Assembly (NCBI RefSeq): GCF_036321535.1
Contig: NC_087436.1
Location: 41,790,001-41,854,000, forward strand
Source: Camelus dromedarius
Lineage: Eukaryota
Direction: 5' to 3'
Length of the DNA stretch: 64,000 nucleotides
Shown here piece by piece: positions 53,833-64,000 of the stretch (position 1 is its first letter; every line of letters starts with the position of its first letter). The notes below the pieces were generated by a model. The model ran no database searches. It had not been told where the DNA came from and worked only from the letters and a program-made list of their open reading frames with translations. Made by a program: the position numbers and the translations under genes.

Positions 53833-54414
53833 GAAAGTCTGAAGTCTTTTGGAGATTTTTTCCCCTCTCCATTCAAATACCAAGTCATGAAATTCAAATA
53901 CCATGTCATGAAATTTCTCTTTCTTATGTGACAGAATAATAAGAATTCATATGAGAATGTTCACAATATTGCCCCTCCAACAGAGTAAAACATTCACCCA
54001 TTCCATTTCCCCCCTTAAGAGAAAAATACTTCGTTTTCTGAGTATAAAGTTAATTGATCAATATAATAGAGTCTTAAAGGAAATGAGTAAGAGGAAAGGG
54101 AAAAGAAGAAATAGTGAATTAGTTGGCAGAAGGGAAATTTTGTCATGTGGGATTTCCACAGTAGCTTTGGGGTACAGGAAAATTGAAAGTAGGAACACCA
54201 ACATTTTAGAAGTGTCATTTTGTTTTATGAATTGGAACTCTAATGCTGTTTAGAAAATGTGAGTGAAGAACATAATTTCTTTCAAATAAATTACTGTAAC
54301 TCTTATATTGTGCTTCTTAAATGCATCTAACTGTGCTACCCAAATGGGGCTACAAATATATAAGAGCTAAAAAATTATATATAAATGCTGTGAAACTTCT
54401 TACACTTAAAAAAA

Positions 54415-56270
54415 ATGCACTTCACTTTTTAGAGCAGCAAAAATGATCAGGAAGTACACAGAGTTCCATACACCCCCCGCAACAGGGATACATACACATG
54501 CTCCCTCCCTCACCGCCAACATTCCTTACAATTGATGGGCCTACATTGACACATCATTATCACTAAAGTCCATAGTTTATATTAGGGTTTATTCTTGGTT
54601 CTGTATATTCTCTGGAGTTTGACAAATGTGTAATAGATGTGTTCATTGTTGCAGTATCACATGGAGTAGTTTCACTGCCCTAAAGATCCCTGTCCTCCAC
54701 CTGCTCATCCCTCCTTACCTATTCCCCCAACTGACAACTACTGGTCTTTTTAGTATCTGTATAGTTTTGCCTTTTCCATTTGTCATGTAGTTGGAATTGT
54801 ACCGTATGTAGCCTTTTATAACTGGCTTCTTTCACTTGGTAATGTGCATGTTGGATTTCTCCATTTATTTACGTGGTTTGATAGCTCAGTTCTTTTTAAC
54901 ACTGAATAATAGTCCATTATTTCATTATTTGGTACAAATGTACCAAAGTTTATTTTTTTATCCATTCATTTACTGAAGGACATCTTGGCCATTTTGTTTC
55001 CAAGTTTGGGGAACTCTGAGTAAAACTGCAATAAACATCTGTAGAGAGGTTTTCTTGTAGATGGAAATTTTCAACATTTTTGGGCAAATAACAAGTTGCT
55101 CAACTGCTAGATCATAAAAGATTATGTTTAGTTTTGTAAGAAACCGTCATAGTGTCTTCCAAAGTGTCTGTACCACTTTGCATTCCCACCAGCAATGAAT
55201 GAGATTTCCTGTTGCTCCCCATCTTTCTCCAGCGTGTGGTGTTGCCACTGTCTGGGATTTTAGCTATTCTAACAGTGTGTAGTGGTATCTCATTGCCATT
55301 TTAACATGCAGTTTCCTAATAACATATGATGCAGAACATCTTCCCATATGTTTATTTGCCACCTGTATATTTTCTTTGGTGAGGTGTCTGTTCAGGTCTT
55401 TGGCTCATTTGTAAGTTAGGTTATTAAATTTCTTATTGTTGAGTTTTAAGTGTCCTTTGTATATTTTGAGTAACAGTCCTTTATCAGGTAATGCCTGCTA
55501 CAACTATTTTCTCCCAGTCTGTAGCTTGTCTTTTTTTTAAATTGAAGTATAGTCAGTTACAAAGTGTCAATTTCTGGGGTACAGCTAATGTCACAGTCAT
55601 GCATATACATACATATATTCGTTTTCATATTCTTTTTCATTAAAGGTTATTACAAGTATTGAACATATTTCCCTGTGCTATACAGAAGAAATTTTTTTCA
55701 TCTATTTATATACGTAGCTTGTCTTTTTATTCTCTTGGGAGTGTCTTTCACAGAAAAGGCTTTTATTTTAATGATGTCCAACTTATCATTTTTTTCTTTT
55801 ATGGATTGTGCCTTTGGTGTTGTATCAAAAAAGTCATCACCAAAGCCAAGGTCACCTAGATTTTCTCCTGTGTTGTCTTCTAAGAGTTTTATAGTTTTTT
55901 CATTTTACATTTATGTTTCTGACTCACTTTGAGTTAATTTTTTAGAAGGGTAGAAGATCTGTGTAGATGTATATTTTTAACATGTGGTTGTCCGGTTGTT
56001 CTGTTTTCATTTATTGAAAACCTATCCTTTCTCCACTGAATTGCCTTTGCTCTTTGCAAAAGATTAGTTGACTGTCTTTGTGTGGGTTTAATCCTGGGGG
56101 CTCTATTCTGTTCCATCGATCTATGTATCCTTTTGTTTGCCAATTACACACTGTCTTGATTACTGTGGCTTTATCATAAGTCTTGAAATTTGTTAGTGTT
56201 AGTCCTATGACTTTGTTCTTCTTCAGTGTAGTGTTGGCTATTCTGAGCCTTGCTTTCCATATAAACTTTG
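54415..56270 (-). mobile_element. 5'-truncated L1MC1-like element (3' UTR plus ORF2 3' part), interrupted by a younger L1
   Basis: Diagnostic L1MC1-type 3' end (ttttagagcag...aagtacacagagttccatacacccc...cctacattgacacatcattatcac..aaagtccatagtttatattagggtt...agtttcactgccctaaa), followed by typical antisense ORF2 (ttgcattcccaccagcaatgaatgag; ORF 55934-56143 resembles ORF2p). Confidence 0.88.
55536..55713 (-). mobile_element. Younger, severely 5'-truncated L1 3' end with perfect 15-bp TSD, nested in L1MC1
   Basis: TSD gtagcttgtcttttt at 55521-55535 and 55714-55728. The insert 'aattgaagtatagtcagttacaaagtgtcaatttctggggtacag...catatacatacatatattc...ccctgtgctatacag' is an artiodactyl-type L1 3' UTR. 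Confidence 0.88.
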
Positions 56271-56559
56271 CTTGCTCTTTTTAAAATCCCTATCTCTATT
56301 TTGTTAAGTCTTCATCTGGACTATTGTAATCAATTCTTAATTAGTCTCTTGTCTCATGGCTCCAGTCTGTCCTCATACTCCCTCAAATTTTTTTTTTAAA
56401 AAACAACATTTACCATGTCAGTCTTGAAATTAAAGTGTTTCAGTCGTTGTCCAATATTTAAGGCAATGGTAAATCTGTAACATTTTGAATAACATCCTTT
56501 ATCTTCTGGTGCCTACCTCTCTTTTCAATTCAATTGCCTACTGTTCCCTTTTAAAGTAA

Positions 56560-59500
56560 GGCATAGACACTGAGAATAGAAGAGAACAAGAGAGAATAAG
56601 ATAATAACATCCCTGATTCAAAGGCTGAATTCTAATGAAAATGATAGACAAGAAAAAAAAAGTAATATTACTGATATAGTATAATAAGTTGTTAAAATCA
56701 CACACATACACACAAGAAAAACAAAAGGAGAGGTTAAGAAGTGTTGGGAGGGGGCTTGCAATCTTGCATTGGGAGGCCAGAAGCAGATATACTGAGAATA
56801 TTACATTTAAGTAGGACTAAAAGAAATGAGAGTGTATGTCATGTTTACACTTGGGGACAAGTATTCTAGACGGAAGAAACAGCAAGTGCAGAGGCCCAGA
56901 GCTAGGTATCTGAAGAACACTGCATGCTCACAGAGAACAATGAGAAGTCCGGTGTGGATGCTGAGAGTTCAGTGAAAGAGAAGTGGTAGATTAGGTAGAA
57001 TTGTATAGACCACTCTATGGGTTTTACTCTTACTCTGAGTGAAACGAGGGAGCCCCTTGAGAGTGGAGGTTGATCAGAGGATCAATTTGCCTGATGTACA
57101 TTGTAAAATGAATCTTCTGGCCAAAAATCTGATATAGGGGAAGGGTTGAGGCAGAGATCAAATGGGAGGATATCTCAATAATCCAGTGGAGACATAATGC
57201 TAATATGGACTAGGGTGATAGCTGAGAAGATTTTAAGATGTGTTCAGATTCTAGATATATTTTACAGTTAGAGCCAGTGGGTTGAAAATCAAGTGGGTCT
57301 GGTGGGAAAGAAACAGAGGAGTCAACTAACCCCAGGAGTTGGGGGGGGGGGTTGTTTGTGCATATGTGTGTCCCTAAGCAAATAAAATGACAATGCTATC
57401 ATTTACTTATCTGGGGAAACTGAGAGGAATCAGTTTGAGGTTAAGAAAATATCTGGCAACTAGATTGGGTTTTATTCAAGTCTGAGATGTCCATTAGATT
57501 TCCAAGTGGAAATACCAAATAGTAGTTGAATATACAAGTAGAAGCAAGTAAAAGGTTTAGTTGGAGATGTGAATTTTGAAGTCAGCCTCTAGGCAGTGTT
57601 TAAAACCATGAAACAGTGTGAGGTCACCAGGTAAATGAATGCAAATAAAAATTAGGTTCAAGTGCTAAGCCCTAGGAAACTAACTCCACATTTGGAGGAC
57701 AGAGAGATGAGAAGAAATTGGAAAATGTGACTAAGAAGTTATAGAAAACCAAAAATATATGATTTCCTAGAAGTTGGGTAAAGATAGTTTTTGTGTGGAT
57801 AATGGGATAATTAGTGATGTAAAATACTCCTAATAGGTAAAGTAAGGTGAGGAGTGAGACCTGACAGTTGGATCTCACAACATAAATTTTTTTGAGCAGT
57901 TTTGATAAGATGATGAGGGTTGCCTGATTGGAGCAGGTTCCAAAGAAAACTAGACACATTATTCCAAAGAGTTTTTCTATAAAGAGAAAGAATGGAGGAA
58001 TAGCTTATGGGGTAAGTGAATCATGAGAAAAATAATAGAATGTTTATATACTAGTATGAATATTCAATAGAGAAGGAAAGCACTGTGGCTGTGGAACAGA
58101 GGAGAATATTATTAAAGCAGTGCCTCCAATGATTAGGTGATAAAGCCCAGAACTGATACACAGGGGAGGGTTGTTCTTAGCTAGAATGGAGGATTCATCC
58201 ATAGGAAAACATCTACTCACATAAGTGAGTACCTGCACTATGGAAAGTCTTTATGCTTGCTACTGTGTTCTCCATGTAATAGAAAATAAGATCATCAGCT
58301 GAGAGTGAGGGAAAGGAAAGAAACAGAAGTTTGAAGAGAGAGGACAAGGTTATAAAACAGTCTTATAGGAGAGGAGATAATGAATGGACTAAGAAAATGT
58401 AGAATGGTTGACAGCAGCATTGAAGGGCCACTTGAAGCTACTAATCAGGAATTTAAGGGGAGACCAGTTAGTTTGGTGAAGTCCCATCTATCTTCAGAAT
58501 AGCAGGTGAATTGTGAAATTTAGTCTTGTTGTTTAGACAATTGTGACTGATGAAATAAGAGAAGATAAAAGGATTTAAGAATAGATTAAATGGAATGAAT
58601 ATAATTATTGATTATGAAATTTAAGCTGGGTGGGAAGGGATGTGAGGCCATGAGATCAAGAGTAAAAAGTGAAAGGATCATGCCTTAAAGTTGAAATATT
58701 TTTGAAGTTGGGGGTGACAGGTGAATTGAGCTAAAAGGATAGGAGATTGATATTGCATAGCAGACTATATAAAATGAATGTTATGAATGGGTTACAGTTA
58801 TACAGTTGTTTGTTATGATGAAAAGCTCTAACACATAACTATGGGACTAGGTGGCAATGGCAGGGAGAAAGACAAGAATATTAAAGAGAGGACTTAAAAA
58901 CTGAGTGTATCCCATGGTAGGAGGATCATCTATAAAAATGTCTAGTAGTTTTTAAAAGAACATTATCCAGAAACTAAGATTCCAAGGGTTAAAGGAGCCT
59001 AACCCAAGCACTAGTTGACAACTGCTATAAGGAGACAAGGTGTGTGCTATGGTCTGACAAGATGAAAAGTGAGAGATTTTTCAGGAGTAGGAATGGAGAA
59101 TAGTCTAGAATTAACAATGAGAAACAAGAAGAACATCTAACCAACCTTCTGACCCAGTGGTAGCAAAAATAAATCACCAGAGGGGTCCAAGGTCCTCAAG
59201 GGAGGGGCAGGTTTCAGAGCTAGAAGATGAAGAAAACTTTCAGAAAAGAGTTTCACTGTCTAGGGAAAGAATTTTGCTCGCAATTTACCATGTATTCTGA
59301 GAAGCACAGTGAAAGGTTTAAAAAAGATGGAGAGGGTGGAGAATAGGACCATAAAATCATTTTCTAGAATGATAAGCAAAGTCCTCAGAGTCGTGAGTGT
59401 ATGTGGTGACTGACATGGTCAGGAAAAAAATGGCATTATGAGAGTAGTTGTGAGGGTCCCTTTACGATGAATTATGTCCTGAGGGGCCCAAATAATCAGC
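56560..59500 (-). mobile_element. Unusually long L2 remnant (about 3 kb)
   Basis: Continuous purine-rich antisense L2 motifs in consensus order (gtattctagacggaagaaacagcaagtgcagaggcccaga; ttttactcttactctgagtgaaa; ttcagattctagatatattttacagttagagcc; aagtctgagatgtccattaga; tcagctgagagtgaggg; gaggatcatctata). The 5' boundary is approximate. Confidence 0.72.
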
Positions 59501-59645
59501 AATAATCAGGCTATAAGAGTTGGATGGGGTGGGCCATGCAAAGACGAGTAGGAATCCGGTGGACAGTTAAAGGTCTCTGTCATAGTTTTGGAAGCTTTGA
59601 TTCATTTCCTAATGTTAAAACCAACCCTGTATTTCACAGCTACTA

Positions 59646-60081
59646 AATTAGTTTTCTAGGGCTACCATAATAAAGTAGCACAAACTGAGGAGCTTAAACA
59701 ACAGAAGTTTATTGTCACACAGTTCTGGAGACTGGAAGTCTGAGATCAAGGTGTCAGCAGAGCCCTGCTCCCTCTGAAGGCACTCGGGAAGGGTCTGTTT
59801 CAGGCCTGTCTGTGGCTTCTGACAGTTCCTTGGTTTGTGGCAGCATAATTCCAGTCTTCGCATGGCATTCTCCCTTTGCATGTGTTTGTGTTGAATTTCC
59901 CCATTTTACACTTTCCTTTTCACCATTCATACGGGTTTAGGGGTCTGCCTTACTCCAGTATGCCCGCATCTTAACTTAATTAGTCACACCTGTAATAGTC
60001 TCATTTCCATATAAGATTCTGAAGTACTTGGAGTGAGGACTTCAATGTACAAATTTGGTGAGGGACACAAGTCAGCCTGCA
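59646..60081 (-). mobile_element. MaLR LTR, MLT1C-like, inserted into an old L1
   Basis: tagttttctagggctaccataataaagtagcacaaactgaggagcttaaacaacagaagtttattgtcacacagttctggagactggaagtctgagatcaaggtgtcagcag...ctgaagtacttggagtgaggacttc...agggacacaagtcagcc. Confidence 0.85.
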
Positions 60082-60084
60082 GGA

Positions 60085-62000
60085 GCTACTCTCAGCTTTT
60101 TTATAGATCGCTGGTTTGCTTTATAAATACTTTGTTTAGAATTTTTGCATCTTATATTCATGGGTCATATTCCCTACAATTTCCTTTTTCATATTATCCC
60201 TTCATCAGTTACTACTATCAAGGTTACAGTAGCCTGATAAAATGGGGTTGACAGGTATTACTTTTTTTTCATGTCTCTGAAAAAGATTGTATAAGATTGG
60301 AATTATTTGTTCCTTGAGGCTTTGATAGAACCTTATGGTGAAAGAATCAGTTCCTGGAGTGTTCTTTGTGGAAATATTTTTGACTGTTTATTCAAATGCT
60401 TGTATTTTGCTTTATTCATTTTGAGGTTTCTTTTATATCAGTTTTATTAAGATACATTTTCTCAAAAGTTCATTTGCTTAAACTCTTGAAATTAAAACAT
60501 TTTCTTATCAATTCATCAATAATTTTATTTTTTACTATCTGAAGGAAATGTTATCTTCTCATTCTCATCCCTATATTTTATATCTTATTCATCTCTTTTT
60601 ATCTTAAAACTTGTCAAAATTACTAGCCTTTTTAAAAGAACCAAGTTTTAGGTTTGCTTTTTATTGTATTTTTATTTGATTATTTTCAGTTCATCTCTGT
60701 TATGTCTTTTCTTCTACCGTCTGTTATTATTTTATTATTTTCTAATTTCTTGAGAAGAATGCTTAGCTTATTAGCTCATTAATTTTTACACTTTTTTCTA
60801 GTGTATGTTTCTAAGGCTGTAAAATTTTCTATTATGATAGCATAATTCACAAATTTTGATATATGTTATTTTGGATATAATTTTAAACATAATATATATT
60901 CGTCTTTTTCTTTGCCTTAAGTTATTTAGGATTATGTTTCTTAAGTTCGTAATAAATTAGAATTTTCTAGTTGTTTTGTTATTAGTTTCAAGATCAATTA
61001 TAACATGGTTATAGTATATCTCTGTGTGGTTTTTAGTTCTTTGAAATTTATTGAGACTTCCTTGGGAATCAGTATGGTTAATTTTTGTAAATATCTTCAA
61101 GTTCAATATGCATTCTACAGCTGTTGAGCACCATACTTTAAATATGTCTTTTAGAGCAAATTTGTTAATCGCGTTGTTTAGGTATTCTTAATCTTACTAA
61201 TCTTCCGTCCGAATTTTCAATTTATTTTTGAGAAATGTCAAACCCATCCTCTACAATCGGGAATTTGTAAATGACACCTTGTAGTTTGGCTTGTTTCTGC
61301 TTTACATATTTGAGGTTAAGATATCAGATGCATTCGAATTTAAATTTTAATGACTTCCTAGTGAATTGAACTTTTTATTTTAAAGTGGTTTCTGTATCTC
61401 TAGTAATTCTTTTTGCCTTAACTCTAACTTCCTGATATTTACATAGCTTTATCAGTTTTCTTTTAATTAAAATATTTCTGATATATCTTTTTCCAGATAT
61501 TTACTTTCATACATTCTTTTTTATGTCACTTTTAAACAACATATAATTGGATTTGTAAGGTTTTTTTAGTCAATCTGCCAATCTTTGTTTTTAAAAGATA
61601 ATTTATATTGAATGTAATTACTAACATAAAGAGACCTATTTATTTTGTGTTTTACATTAGTCTTACCTATTTTAGGTTTCTTTTCCTCCCCTTTATTCTT
61701 TTCTTAATTGAATATTTTCTTACATTTCATTATTTCTCCTCCGCTCCTTTGGATATGTATTCTTTATTGGTTTCATTAGCAATCAAAATATGCACACTTA
61801 ACAACATCTGAAGTCAATTAATATCATGACCTTAATACAGGGTTCTTAGAACATCTTCATTTACTCCCTTCTGACTTCTAGGGTATTGTTCTTATTTCTT
61901 TCAATTAGTCTTTGATTTTATTTTTAATCCCCTAAGACTTTATTATTACAATTTTATGTATTTAAGGTCATTTAGATTAAATTACATTGTATCAATTACT
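60085..62000 (-). mobile_element. Ancient L1 (L1M5/L1ME-like) ORF2 region
   Basis: T-rich antisense ORF2 motifs (tttgtttagaatttttgcatc, gtataagattggaattatttgttcctt, ttaaaagaaccaagttttagg, ttgaaatttattgagactt, gctttacatattttgagg). A short piece at about 59600-59645 lies on the other side of the MLT1. Confidence 0.75.
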
Positions 62001-62368
62001 TTATCTTTGCTCTGTTCAACAATTTGAATACTCTTCCTATGTATGAGAAATTCATGATTTTAGAAGTTTCCATTTCTACACTTTACATACTAGATAATTA
62101 TTTCTCAGCTCCCCTCAGTCAAGGCATGGACATGCCAACTACAAGTGTCTACTCAGATGTACCACTACCAGACTTGGAATCAGAACCCACTGAAGTGAAG
62201 AAACCAGTCCAGAGCAGATTCCCTTTAGGTTAGGCTGTCTTCACCTACGTCCATGGTCCAGAGACATCAGTAAAAGAGTCTCTTCAAGAACTAATCTCAA
62301 TAATGACAATGCTGTTTGTGCAATATTTTGCCTATGGACACTTTTTCCAAATGGACCTTTATGATTTG

Positions 62369-62370
<2 letters not shown>

Positions 62371-62404
<34 letters not shown>
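62371..62404. repeat. (GT)17 microsatellite
   Basis: Directly visible, uninterrupted. Confidence 0.98.
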
Positions 62405-62406
<2 letters not shown>

Positions 62407-64000
62407 CCATAACTGTAATATGAACAGAATGATGTAACTAAATCTAATTAAGAACTATTTTTGGATTGTGTCTTTCAATTACCTTGATGTTTAAATTCCA
62501 ATTATAGTTCGTAGGTTATATTACCATCTGATTTAGTACTCATTTATGATATATTCTGTGATATTGAACATCATTTCTTAGTCTCTAAAAATACTTTTCT
62601 TTAAGAAATTTTTAAATTGAGAGATGACTAGATCATGTAAATCATTACATTTACACTAGAAATGTAAACACTAGAATGTTTACATTTCTCTTTTGTGTCT
62701 AAGTTGTGCTTATTATTCATTTTATGTTACTTTTTTACTCTTAAGATTGTTAAAAGGAGTTAATCATTTAAGAAGATTCAAATCTTCAAAAATCATGTCT
62801 TTTAAGAAAAATGAAATTATTGCACAAACATGATTGCATAACAGAGAAATGTAAAACTGAATGGTAATTCTGTTACACACAAAAAAGCATATTATTGTAT
62901 TTACTTAAGATACAAATGCATATATCCTAAAGAAAATGCTAATTTGGAAATAACATATGGTAAAGCTGGTTTTATACATCTTTGACTTACAGATATTATA
63001 CTTCTATCCCCTTAAGAAAAAGATTTAGATCTTAAGAGTTTGCAAAAATTAGCAAGCTATTAAGAAGAGCTGATAGTTCATTTATATTTTGGGGGGCACA
63101 ACAGCAAAAAATATATATATTTAATTAAAAAACAGAAATAAGAATTCAGAAACAGAATCATACAAGCAATATAATACTGGTTGTTTATATCAAATATGAG
63201 GAAGACATTAACTAAATGTATCAGTGTATAGTTGTGGCATAATTGGTGTTTTAACAGGAAAAATCAGTGATGTTTCTTTTATCTCAGCAGCAGGATACTC
63301 TCCTGAGAGCAAAGTTACCTGTGAGCTCTGTTCTCAGATACTTAGCACTTAAGCTGGAAGAGGAAGCACTATGGGTCTATTTTTGCAATAAAAGCAAGAA
63401 CATATCGCCCTCTTGTGTTGAAAAAGCCAGGAGACTCAAGGATTGCTTACAAATACAGGAATAATGCATTTTCAAAAGCAAATGTCGTATTTTCTCTTTT
63501 CAGATAAATGTGATACAACAATATTTAGATTAACATTTTGAATTCTAGAAAAACAAATGGCAAATATGATTGATTAACCTTTTTTATGTCCTCTGTTTTT
63601 AAAAAAATGACTAGATTATTTAACATTTTGCTGTTTTTTTAAAAAACATATTACATTTTATTGTAGTTTTAAACTTTATGAAAAATGAATTAATTATAAT
63701 ACTTTATCTCCTAGTATTTGTAATAACTTTGCTTACATTATAAAAAAATTAGTTGTAAGTATTCTTTTAATTGTTAAAAAAGCAATGAGCACAATTCTGT
63801 AGCATGGGTCACCCAATTGGCAAAGGAGAATTTATGCGGTTTTTGTAGCAAGTGTGTGCCTAGTGAAAAATCTTTTCATTTCTCTAAAATGCAAGATTGA
63901 GGACTATGAGAAAAGTTTGTTAGAAAAAATCTTTTAGAAAATGTAAGTAGGAAGTTAATGATCAAGGCAGAAAGAATAACTTTAATCATTATATTCAAAA

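Larger units (their letters stand above)
42261..64000 (+). other. Putative long first intron (runs past the window end or to an unrecognised exon)
   Basis: Starts GTAAGT after the candidate first exon; no convincing coding exon downstream. Confidence 0.5.

Noticed and set aside
1..64000. CRISPR array, prokaryotic defence or mobile system, NUMT, intact ERV or other novel multi-gene system
   Set aside because: No repeat-spacer periodicity, operon-like ORF density, mitochondrial similarity or gag/pol/env remnants were seen. Content is mammalian interspersed repeats and non-coding DNA.

Overview
AT-rich, CpG-poor mammalian nuclear DNA, very probably camelid (alpaca/camel/llama): it carries two tRNA-Ala-derived SINEs of the camelid Vic-1 type. 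I find no credible protein-coding exon, RNA gene, CRISPR array or prokaryotic system. The supplied ORFs are chance ORFs, low-complexity translations or decayed L1 fragments. A large share of the window is interspersed repeat: L1 of several ages, L2, MIR, MaLR MLT1, LTR40, an ERV1-like solo LTR and a MER5-like DNA transposon. The main non-repeat signal is a candidate promoter and non-coding first exon on the + strand at about 41.6-42.26 kb. It has local CpG retention, a CRE-like site, paired CCAAT boxes, two TATA candidates, a CAG tract, tiny uORFs and a perfect AG|GTAAGT donor, and it sits in a repeat-poor zone. On that reading, about 1-41.6 kb is upstream sequence and 42.26-64 kb is the start of a long first intron. 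I could not identify the gene. I found no well-supported novel biological system; the findings are modest regulatory and transposon-history hypotheses. Repeat family names come from visual recall of consensus sequences, and most boundaries are approximate unless TSDs or terminal repeats are quoted.
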